A model generated the notes under the pieces. That model made no database searches. It was not told where the DNA came from and was given only the letters and a program-made list of their open reading frames with translations. Positions 16,060 through 24,343 of a stretch of 32,000 nucleotides of DNA are shown piece by piece (position 1 is the first letter of the stretch; each line of letters begins with the position of its first letter). The position numbers and the translations under genes were made by a program. The DNA is taken from positions 2,220,001-2,252,000 of the forward strand of contig NC_007969.1 of NCBI RefSeq assembly GCF_000013905.1, in the 5' to 3' direction. The DNA is from Psychrobacter cryohalolentis K5 (GTDB lineage: Bacteria; Pseudomonadota; Gammaproteobacteria; Pseudomonadales; Moraxellaceae).

Positions 16060-17773
16060 GGGTTAACCCTCTTTTCGGTACAGATAAATTTGGTAACAAA
16101 GGAAACAGCCACTCATCGCTGTGTACTTCAGCAAACAAAGGCGCACCTTGGAATAGCGTGACACGCACCCAGCGATCTGATCTTGGATCGAACTTAGTCG
16201 CGCCAAACATAGACAATTTACAGCGTAACAAATGCATTGGTAATGCCGTTTTTTGCAGCACATTAATCTGAATATCGCCCATCTTTTTATGTCCCATTGT
16301 CCAGACGCGCCGAGCAATAGAACGATACTTTGGTTGCTTTAAGATAAATTCTGATAACAGTTGCTGTGGATCCGCTTGTTGTAATGCCAGATATAAAGTG
16401 TTCGCCTGCCTACCAATATCTAACAGGAATTCCTTATCATCGCCACGCTCTTGTCCACGCACACCCATTCTTGGCTCTTCTTTATCTTCTGAGCGATACC
16501 AGAACCAATAGACATTATCTTCTGCCTCAAAATCAATACTTATCGCCCATTGATAACGCGCTTCTAATACGTCAATCAAATCTTGTACGACTTTGCCACC
16601 GGGCAGCGACATGGTTTCATCAGCATTGGCTTGCCCTGCAAACGCATCAACAAGCTCAGGATACAGCTCCATCAGACAAGAGGTAATGACCTCTTGGCTC
16701 TCAAAACTAAGGTACGCCTGACGCTGTAAAAAATCAGCCCACGTAACACATCCTTCAATCTCGCTCGTAAAGTTGTTTTGTAGCTTATTCAGCTCATCAA
16801 CGACGGTACTATTCAGTAGAATTTGCGGCTCATTGATAGTGACCACTTCAGAGAAATGCTGGATAGCGCGCTTCATTAAATGTGAAAGCTGCTGGATTTT
16901 ATTATTACGATCATCTTCAATATCACAGACCAACACCGCTTGTAGCGCGCCTTCACGCGCACTCAGCCATTGATCAACGACACAAGGATGATTAATGAGA
17001 TAAGGCGCCATGCCAAGACCAGTCGCATTACCTATGCCCAGATACTGCTTAATCTCAGGATGCAAGCTGACCGCTTTATCACCGCCCTTTTTCTGAGCCA
17101 AGTAATCGACCCAGTCAAGGCTAAATTCTCGAATGAGATACACCGCACACATCTGGGCACGAAAAGATTGATTAAAATCCTCACTGTGATCTAGCGGTTT
17201 AAAGTCATAAATACCAAATTTGCCATTGCCATAAACTGCCGTGGTACGCAGTATATAACCCACTTGCGCAAGTACGTCCAAATCAGGCTGCTGACCTTCA
17301 GCAAGTGAGCTGACAATATGATCAAAGACCCGAACGCTTTTATTGGCACGTGCCAGCACCATCACCATGTTGGAGTTACGACCCGCTTCTTGTAATGGCA
17401 CATTGGCTTTTAGGTTTGCAAGTAGCTCGTCTCCTATCTCTCCATAAACGAGGGCAAAGGTGACATCCCATTTTTGCGCAATGACACGATCATTACGTTC
17501 TTCATCAGCAATCTGATTGCAAAACACCACCAGATGATAAACGTGCTCAGGGGTTTGTAAACGATAAATGACCTGTCCATAGCCGTCATTATCTAAATCC
17601 CACAGATGCTTGCTTAATGTCCAATGCTCTTTGTCGATTTTGCGCAATAACGTACGGACGAAGCTAATACGCGTTTGGTGCATAGCGCCGAGTCGTTCAG
17701 AATGCATCACCACATCGGGTGTACGGAAGCTGACTGCATCTAGCCTATCGTTGTTTGGCAAAGTATGTTCCAT
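16043..17773 (-). CDS. Uncharacterised protein, 576 aa, no recognisable domain
   Basis: This is a long uninterrupted ORF (track 16043..17806, TTG start). I prefer ATG 17773 (MEHTLPNNDR...), which has GAAGGTGA 7 nt upstream. There are no TM segments, no signal peptide, and no Rieske, Fe-S, Rossmann or P-loop motif that I can see. Confidence 0.8.
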   Translation of the reverse strand: MEHTLPNNDRLDAVSFRTPDVVMHSERLGAMHQTRISFVRTLLRKIDKEHWTLSKHLWDLDNDGYGQVIYRLQTPEHVYHLVVFCNQIADEERNDRVIAQKWDVTFALVYGEIGDELLANLKANVPLQEAGRNSNMVMVLARANKSVRVFDHIVSSLAEGQQPDLDVLAQVGYILRTTAVYGNGKFGIYDFKPLDHSEDFNQSFRAQMCAVYLIREFSLDWVDYLAQKKGGDKAVSLHPEIKQYLGIGNATGLGMAPYLINHPCVVDQWLSAREGALQAVLVCDIEDDRNNKIQQLSHLMKRAIQHFSEVVTINEPQILLNSTVVDELNKLQNNFTSEIEGCVTWADFLQRQAYLSFESQEVITSCLMELYPELVDAFAGQANADETMSLPGGKVVQDLIDVLEARYQWAISIDFEAEDNVYWFWYRSEDKEEPRMGVRGQERGDDKEFLLDIGRQANTLYLALQQADPQQLLSEFILKQPKYRSIARRVWTMGHKKMGDIQINVLQKTALPMHLLRCKLSMFGATKFDPRSDRWVRVTLFQGAPLFAEVHSDEWLFPLLPNLSVPKRGLTHDRIA

Positions 17774-17875
17774 ATAACTATCACCTTCAATAATGTGTTG
17801 AACCAACCACCTTTTAATACTGTAGATTTGCAGTTTTTATGAGCAAATAAACTATCAGCGATAACAAAGCGCTAT

Positions 17876-19561
17876 CTAATCAACTTCTTTACCAATACTT
17901 TTTTCGACAAGCTGCTCTTCGATGAGTTGATGAGCAGTTTCCACGCTATTAGGGCGATAAAGATCTTGATCCCTTGCCATCTGCTGCGCAATTTTTGGTC
18001 CATTCCATAATGATGGCAGCAAAACAAAGGAGACAGGCACCGCCGTAATGACAATAAAGGATTGCAACGCTGTCACGCCGCCTGCACCAAGCGAGATAAG
18101 AACAATCGCCGTCACCCCCATCATCACGCCCCAAAAGGTGCGAATGATAGCATTTGGCTCTCTCTCACCACTGATCACGACACTGATGGTATAGGTCATC
18201 GAATCACCAGTAGTAACAATGAAAACCATGGTTAGAATGATAAACAATAAGGAAGTAATCAAAGGAAATGGCAGCTGCTGAGTGATGGCAAGCAGTGCTC
18301 CAGGAAGATTAAAGCCTTCAAATGCTGTACTCACACTACCAGGATTGGCAATCTCAAACGCAAGACCCGAACCGCCGATGACCGTGAACCAAAAGCAGGT
18401 AACCAATGGCGCCAAAATGCACACGGTCGTAATCAATTCACGAATCGTGCGACCGCGTGAGATACGAGCGATAAATATTGCCATCATCGGGCCATAACCC
18501 AAAAACCAGCCCCAAAAGAAAACCGTCCAACCACCAAGCCAAGCTTCATCACCGCGATAGGTTGCCATCGGGATAAAGTTTTGCACCATGGTGCCAACAC
18601 CTTGAATATACCCATTAACAATAAATTTGGTAGGACCAAACATCAAAATAAAGACCATCAGACCAAAGGCCAATATGACATTAAAGCGACTGAGCAGCTG
18701 CATACCTCGAGCAAGACCACTAATGGCTGAGAGCGTATAAAGTGCAATAGCAAAGATGATAATGATAAGTTGGGTAGTAAAGGTATCAGGAATACCAAAC
18801 AGCGTATTCAACGCATAGCTGGTTTGTAATCCCAAAAATCCAATAGGACCGATCGTACCGGCAGCAACCGCGACAATACAGCAAGCGTCGATAATTGCAC
18901 CCGTATGACCTGTAAGCACGCGCTCACCAAACATAGGGTATAAAAGCGTACGCGGTTTCAGCGGCAAGCCTTTATCATAATGTAGATGCATCACCACAAT
19001 AGCCGTCAAGCTACCGACAATTGACCAAGCTAGAAATCCCCAATGCATAAAGGACTGAGATAGCGCATTGAAAGCGCGTTGTTGGATATCAGCAGATTCG
19101 CCATACAGTGGCGGTGCGCTAACGAAATGAGCGATAGGTTCAGCGGCTGCCCAAAAGACGCCGCCGCCAGCGAGCAGCGTACAGAATAAAATCGCCATCC
19201 ATTTAAAACCGTCCATCTCAGGCTTCGCTAGATTACCTAAAATGACGCGTCCTGTACGACCTGCGCCGACTGCTAGTGCAATCACAAAGGTCGCTAACAA
19301 TAAAATTTGCCAAAAAGGACCAAAGACCGTTGCCGACCAAGAAAATCCGGTATTGATGAGCTTTCCCAAACGCTCTTCGGCAAAGATGGCCATAAGAACA
19401 AAGGCAATGATAAAGCCGCCACTGTACCAAAATGCTGGGTTTTTTAGCCCTAAAGTATCTGATGGAGTCTCTACATGCATTAAATTATCCGCTATCTTAT
19501 CGGTTTTATGAGAGCGTCCTTGCTCATGTTGCTTACTGTTAAATCCTTTTAAATCAGCCAT
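17876..19561 (-). CDS. BCCT family (betaine/carnitine/choline-type) transporter
   Basis: 561 aa with about 12 hydrophobic segments. Conserved BCCT blocks are present: WGFLAWSIVG, FFWGWFLGYGPMMAIFIARISRGRTIRE (the Trp-rich TM8 signature region) and GGSGLAF. Confidence 0.92.
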   Translation of the reverse strand: MADLKGFNSKQHEQGRSHKTDKIADNLMHVETPSDTLGLKNPAFWYSGGFIIAFVLMAIFAEERLGKLINTGFSWSATVFGPFWQILLLATFVIALAVGAGRTGRVILGNLAKPEMDGFKWMAILFCTLLAGGGVFWAAAEPIAHFVSAPPLYGESADIQQRAFNALSQSFMHWGFLAWSIVGSLTAIVVMHLHYDKGLPLKPRTLLYPMFGERVLTGHTGAIIDACCIVAVAAGTIGPIGFLGLQTSYALNTLFGIPDTFTTQLIIIIFAIALYTLSAISGLARGMQLLSRFNVILAFGLMVFILMFGPTKFIVNGYIQGVGTMVQNFIPMATYRGDEAWLGGWTVFFWGWFLGYGPMMAIFIARISRGRTIRELITTVCILAPLVTCFWFTVIGGSGLAFEIANPGSVSTAFEGFNLPGALLAITQQLPFPLITSLLFIILTMVFIVTTGDSMTYTISVVISGEREPNAIIRTFWGVMMGVTAIVLISLGAGGVTALQSFIVITAVPVSFVLLPSLWNGPKIAQQMARDQDLYRPNSVETAHQLIEEQLVEKSIGKEVD

Positions 19562-19634
19562 GATGTAATTCCATATGATAATGTTGCGTCATTTAAATTG
19601 GCGTTTTATCTAAACCGTCTTACCCATCTATATT

Positions 19635-19664
19635 TTAATGCTTGTTACTTTAATGCTTATTACT
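19635..19664. repeat. 15-nt tandem direct repeat x2 (ttaatgcttgttact / ttaatgcttattact)
   Basis: Read directly. There is one mismatch. It lies in the 149-nt spacer between the M19-like gene and the BCCT gene. Confidence 0.9.
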
Positions 19665-19710
19665 TTGAGTTTTAGCCAGCATTTTAGAAAGCTACATCTG
19701 TGCCTAGCAT

Positions 19711-20700
19711 TTATACTAAAGGCTTAATGCCACTCTCAAGAAAATTAAACCAGTTTTGTCCAATGATTTTTCCAGCATCAGCATCATTAAAACCATGTTT
19801 GAGCAGACCGTTATAAATATTCTCCATCCCGTCCTTGCCTGCAAACCATGGCAAAGTATCTGGCCAACCTGAATTGTTGGCATTACCTTCGCCATAATCC
19901 ATTGCCTTTGACCAGCGTCCATTGCGCATCCATTCAAGTACCGCTTGCGGTTGGTTCAGGCACAAGTCACTACCAATGGCTAAATGCTCAACGCCATATT
20001 TATCGGCACAATCAGCAACCATGCTGCAAAAATCATTGAGCGTACAATCACTACCATTCGGCAAATGAAACGGATATAGGCTAAAACCTAACAGCCCGCC
20101 CGCTTTGGTTAAGGCACTAATAACGGCATCAGATTTATTACGCAGCGCATCGTGTGCAGCCGTTGGATTGGCATGACTGATACATATCGGGCGCGTAGAA
20201 TACTCGATCGCTTCAAGCGTTGAACGCTCTGCGCTATGCGACATATCGATAATCATCCCAACTCGATTCATCTCTGCTATCGCCTGCTGACCAAAGCGCG
20301 TAATGCCACTATCATTCTTCTCATAACAACCGGTTGCTAGTAGGCTTTGGTTGTTATACGTCAGCTGCATGATCAGTAGTCCTAAGCGGCGCATCACGCT
20401 GATAAGCCCAATTTCATCATCAATCGGTGAACAATTTTGCGCGCCAAAAAGGATACCGACTTTACCTTGCTGCTTTGCCATCTCAATATCAGTAACTGAA
20501 TACACTGGTAAGATAAGATCTGAGTTTTGCTCAAAGCGTGCATGCCATTCTGCAAAGCGTGTCATTGTCTGCCGCGAATCCTCGTGATAAACCAAGGTGG
20601 CATGTACCGCATTGATACCGCTGGCTTGCAGCATTTTGAAATAGTCACGATCCCAATGGCTATACTGTAAGCCGTCAATGACGATATGGTCTTGATACAT
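19711..20700 (-). CDS. Peptidase M19 (renal/membrane dipeptidase) family homologue with non-canonical metal-ligand positions
   Basis: 329 aa. VIDG....., GKVGILFGAQNCSPID, IIDMSHSAERS, ICISHANP and IGSDL match the M19 TIM-barrel blocks. See the findings for the ligand substitutions. Confidence 0.85.
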   Translation of the reverse strand: MYQDHIVIDGLQYSHWDRDYFKMLQASGINAVHATLVYHEDSRQTMTRFAEWHARFEQNSDLILPVYSVTDIEMAKQQGKVGILFGAQNCSPIDDEIGLISVMRRLGLLIMQLTYNNQSLLATGCYEKNDSGITRFGQQAIAEMNRVGMIIDMSHSAERSTLEAIEYSTRPICISHANPTAAHDALRNKSDAVISALTKAGGLLGFSLYPFHLPNGSDCTLNDFCSMVADCADKYGVEHLAIGSDLCLNQPQAVLEWMRNGRWSKAMDYGEGNANNSGWPDTLPWFAGKDGMENIYNGLLKHGFNDADAGKIIGQNWFNFLESGIKPLV

Positions 20701-20792
20701 GGTTAATTCCTTTTATACTTTTACGAATGCATTGTGGCAGGAGAATCTTTACCAGCCACACATCACTATTAGCACCTGTCATTAACTGACTC

Positions 20793-22268
20793 TTAATAAG
20801 CCTTTTGATAAGCCGTTTTAACAATAGTATAAAACTCTTTAGCGTACTGACCTTGTTCACGCGGGCCAAAGCTAGACTCTTTACGACCACCAAACGGTAC
20901 ATGATAGTCCGTACCAGCAGTGGCTAGATTGACCATGACGCAACCTGCTTGTACTTGCTCTTTGAACATCGCACTATTACGCAAGCTTTGGGTAATGATA
21001 CCGCCGGTTAGACCAAAGCGAGTATCATTAGTCATCGCAATCGCTTCTTCCAAATTTTTGACGCGCATGACACAAGCTAGGGGCGCAAACACCTCTTCTT
21101 GATTGATATCCCAGCTGTTATCAGTCTCAGTAAACAAGGTAGGCGACATATAATAGCCATCATGCGGCATATCTAAACGCTCGCCACCAAAGGCTAAATT
21201 GGCACCGGCTTGCTTGGCCTTTTCAATCCAGTCTAGGTTGGATGCAAGTTGCTTATCATCAACCACAGGACCCATAAAGATACCGTCATCAAGCGCATGA
21301 CCAACTTTTAGGGTTTTCATTTTTGCAATGACACCATCGACGAAAGCATCATGAATGCCATCCATGACGATCAAGCGTGAAGATGCCGTACATTTTTGTC
21401 CTGAACCCCCAAACGCACCAGCAACCGCCGCATCAATCGCGACTTGTAAATCGGCATCATCAGCGATAACCAAGGCATTCTTACTACCCATCTCAAGCTG
21501 GCAACGGACAAAGTTTGGCGCGGTTGCCGCAGCAACTTTACGACCGGTTGGCACAGAACCTGTGAAGCTAACTGCATCAATATCTTTTGAATTAATGAGT
21601 GCATCGCCAACTGATGAGCCGCCACCCAATACCAAGTTGAATGTGCCTTCAGGCAACCCTTGACGATGAATGATTTCAGCTAAGGCGACCGCACTGGCTG
21701 GTGTTAAATTGGCAGGCTTCCAAATGACACTATTGCCAAATGCTAAAGCTGGGGCTATTTTCCACACAGCAGTTGCGGTTGGGAAGTTCCAAGGAGAGAT
21801 AATAGCGACGACACCGACTGCTTCACGAGTGACTTCTACTTTAACCCCTGGACGTACTGAATCCGCAGTATCGCCCATTTGACGCAACACCTCAGCGGCA
21901 TAATAATGGAAGAACTGACCGGCACGATAAATCTCGCCGCGACCTTCCGCAAATGGCTTGCCTTCTTCACGTGACAATAAAGTACCTAATTCATCGCAAC
22001 GGGCAATCATCTCATCGCCAATTGCCTGCAGAATAGATTGCTTCTTCTCTAACGGCGTTGCCTCCCACTTTGGCTGCGCTTGGCGGGCAGCAGCAATAGC
22101 GTCTTTGACTTGATCGCTACTGGCTTGGGCGAACTCGCCGATAGTTTCGCTGATATCAGATGGGTTAATATTAGCAATAGTATCGTTACCCGCTTGCCAC
22201 TCACCATTGATATAAAGGGATTGCTGCGGGTCTTGCTGTAATACTTTTTGTGTGTTTTGAGCTGACAT
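20793..22268 (-). CDS. NAD(P)+-dependent aldehyde dehydrogenase, alpha-ketoglutaric-semialdehyde-dehydrogenase (KGSADH/YcbD)-like
   Basis: 491 aa. SPWNFP, FTGS, the catalytic ELGGK-equivalent LEMGSKNA, GQKCTASSR (catalytic Cys) and the C-terminal TAGTDYHVPFGGRKESSFGPREQG are all present. Confidence 0.92.
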   Translation of the reverse strand: MSAQNTQKVLQQDPQQSLYINGEWQAGNDTIANINPSDISETIGEFAQASSDQVKDAIAAARQAQPKWEATPLEKKQSILQAIGDEMIARCDELGTLLSREEGKPFAEGRGEIYRAGQFFHYYAAEVLRQMGDTADSVRPGVKVEVTREAVGVVAIISPWNFPTATAVWKIAPALAFGNSVIWKPANLTPASAVALAEIIHRQGLPEGTFNLVLGGGSSVGDALINSKDIDAVSFTGSVPTGRKVAAATAPNFVRCQLEMGSKNALVIADDADLQVAIDAAVAGAFGGSGQKCTASSRLIVMDGIHDAFVDGVIAKMKTLKVGHALDDGIFMGPVVDDKQLASNLDWIEKAKQAGANLAFGGERLDMPHDGYYMSPTLFTETDNSWDINQEEVFAPLACVMRVKNLEEAIAMTNDTRFGLTGGIITQSLRNSAMFKEQVQAGCVMVNLATAGTDYHVPFGGRKESSFGPREQGQYAKEFYTIVKTAYQKAY

Positions 22269-22340
22269 AGTGGCGTCCTCAGTTTATTAAAATTCAAATG
22301 ATAAAATGATTTAAAGAGCTGTATAAATATAGTGGAAAAA

Positions 22341-22730
22341 TTATGGTACGTTCGCATAAACGACTAGCTCAACCAACATCTCTTCACGAGCAAGTCCTGC
22401 TATCACTAAAGCCGCGCGATTTGGATAAGGTGCTGTAAAATATTCCGCATAGACTTGATTGACCGTTTTTAGATATTCACGATCAGTAACATAAATGAGT
22501 ACCTGTAAGACTGAGTCCATGCCTACATTGGCACATTCTAAAGTATGCTTTAAATTATCAAGGGTTTGCCGGGTTTGGGCTTCGATACCACCTGCGACCA
22601 CATCACCGTTTTCATCAATAGGAATCTGCGCGGTGTATAACGTGCCATTACTCGTGACTGCCCATTCAAGAGGTGCTTTTGAGGCATAAAGTGAAGTCTG
22701 AACCGCTTGTTTGGTTGAGGGAGTCGTCAT
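22341..22730 (-). CDS. RidA/YjgF/UK114 family protein (reactive enamine/imine deaminase family)
   Basis: APLEWAVTSNGTLYTAQIPID...QTRQTLDNLKHTLE...VLIYVTD...VYAEYF....PNRAALVIAGLARE..VELVVYA is typical of the family. I prefer ATG 22730 (129 aa); the track ORF starts at TTG 22763. Confidence 0.85.
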   Translation of the reverse strand: MTTPSTKQAVQTSLYASKAPLEWAVTSNGTLYTAQIPIDENGDVVAGGIEAQTRQTLDNLKHTLECANVGMDSVLQVLIYVTDREYLKTVNQVYAEYFTAPYPNRAALVIAGLAREEMLVELVVYANVP

Positions 22731-22830
22731 ATCGTCATATCCTTTGAATGAATGGTTTGGCAATTTCTGTGTTATTGATTATCCTACGCAATAAATAGTG
22801 ACAAATCTAACTAATTAAATATTAAATATG

Positions 22831-22845
22831 ATAGATTTAATCTAT
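22831..22845. promoter_or_regulatory. LysR-type T-N11-A palindrome (atagatt-t-aatctat) in the divergent promoter region
   Basis: The arms are a perfect 7+7 bp inverted repeat containing T-N11-A (22832-22844). A tataat hexamer follows at 22849-22854. The site is 56 nt upstream of the LysR start and 101 nt upstream of the RidA ATG (22730). Confidence 0.4.
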
Positions 22846-22900
22846 CGCTATAATAAATAGTATCTGATCAACGGCAGCAAGCACAAAGGCACTAACGATT

Positions 22901-23791
22901 ATGAAACTACAACAGTTACGACATTTTTTGTTTGTGGTAGAAGAAGGGGGTTTTCGTGTGGCAGCCAACCGCGCCAATAGAACACAGGCCGCATTATCCG
23001 CCTCTATAAAAGAGCTGGAAAAAACACTGGATCAGCGTTTATTCGAAAGTGGCAATAAAGCAACACTGACACCGTTTGGAGAAAGTTGCTTGCCAAAGAT
23101 TCAGCAGTTCATCAGTGTTTATCAAGCATTTGAGGAGGACTTAAGAGCGACCGCAGCAGGCGATAAAGGGAAGATAAGAATTGCTAGCGTACCATCACTG
23201 GTGACTAAGTTACTGCCTAGCGTATTGGTCGCCTATTCAAAGAAATACCCTGATATTGAAATTGTTTTGATAGATGATAACGCGGTTGGCGTTGCAAACC
23301 GGCTGCTCACGGGCGAAGTAGATTTGGCATTAGGTAATTGTACGAGTATCAATCAAACAGATATTGATTTTACCCCACTTATATCAGATCCTATCGGTGT
23401 GGTTTGTCTTAAAAGTAATGCGCTGAATCATGAATCGCGTCACTCTCAAGGGCTAAAATGGCAACAACTCATGGCAGAGCCTTTTATTTATAATGGCACC
23501 TGTCGATTACTCGAGAACACACCCGCAGAAGTGCTCAATCGCAAAGCTCGCTACACAGTAGAAAATATCACCTCACTGTTCTCATTGTTAAGAAACGATC
23601 TTGGTATCACCACTCTACCGAAACTTGCCTTTCCTTCTAATGAGCCCGAGTTGGTTTGGATAAACTTACTTGACCCTTCTTTAAACAGACAAATCGGTAT
23701 CTTTAAACTGGCTGACAAATCCATTTCCCCGCCCGCTCAAGCTTTTTATGAGCTCTGTGTGACCTATGTGCAAGAGCACTATCTATTATGA
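22901..23791 (+). CDS. LysR family transcriptional regulator
   Basis: MKLQQLRHFLFVVEEGGFRVAANRANRTQAALSASIKELEKTL is a canonical LysR HTH, followed by a LysR substrate-binding domain. It is divergent from the RidA...BCCT operon. Confidence 0.92.
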   Translation: MKLQQLRHFLFVVEEGGFRVAANRANRTQAALSASIKELEKTLDQRLFESGNKATLTPFGESCLPKIQQFISVYQAFEEDLRATAAGDKGKIRIASVPSLVTKLLPSVLVAYSKKYPDIEIVLIDDNAVGVANRLLTGEVDLALGNCTSINQTDIDFTPLISDPIGVVCLKSNALNHESRHSQGLKWQQLMAEPFIYNGTCRLLENTPAEVLNRKARYTVENITSLFSLLRNDLGITTLPKLAFPSNEPELVWINLLDPSLNRQIGIFKLADKSISPPAQAFYELCVTYVQEHYLL

Positions 23792-24097
23792 TGCATCCAA
23801 TAATAAAGCCACTGATTGCGGTATTGTTGTCTTAATTAGTGAGTAGTGACAGACTGAATGAGTTATCAAAGACGAAGACTTATCATGAAAGTGACTTCTA
23901 AAGATAGAGTAAACTCACTGATACCAGCGATACGTGATAGCGCTAGTTGTAACTAGCCCGAAGTGTGGCTGCAGCGCAGTGTCAACTTGTGATAAATGTG
24001 ATAGGTGTTAGAAATGCTGTGAGTGTGGTAAAAAGTAAATAGCGTCAGCACTTTTAAATCTTATAATGCATATCCATGTACAATATCGATGACACAT

Positions 24098-24130
24098 AAA
24101 AAACAGCCTATAGAATCGATTGTGTAGGCT
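24098..24130 (-). terminator. Minus-strand intrinsic terminator-like hairpin
   Basis: On the minus strand the sequence reads agcctaca-caatcgattc-tataggct (7 of 8 bp) followed by gtttttt. Confidence 0.5.
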
Positions 24131-24244
24131 AATAAAATCAATACATATAAGATATTGTCGTATTATGATATTTGGTCGACCTACTTTGAACGATATAGGG
24201 TGTTATCAGCAATTTAAGTCTGCTTATGCCTACCAAATATTTAG

Positions 24245-24277
24245 AAAGCCCCAGTCTAACGACTGAGGCTTTTTTTA
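24245..24277 (+). terminator. Plus-strand intrinsic terminator-like hairpin
   Basis: The sequence is aaagccccagtc-taac-gactgaggcttt (11 of 12 bp) followed by a 7-T run on the plus strand. On the minus strand it lies 67 nt after the ppiC stop and is followed only by a weak U-rich stretch. Confidence 0.5.
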
Positions 24278-24343
24278 TTAGGGCAATATGGAATGGACCG
24301 GAAAATCCTAGATTGATATCAATCAAAGCTCAGAATCTAACCC

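Noticed and set aside
24138-24326. 62-aa minus-strand ORF downstream of ppiC
   Set aside because: It runs straight through the 24245-24277 terminator hairpin. It has no RBS and no recognisable features, so it is most likely non-coding.
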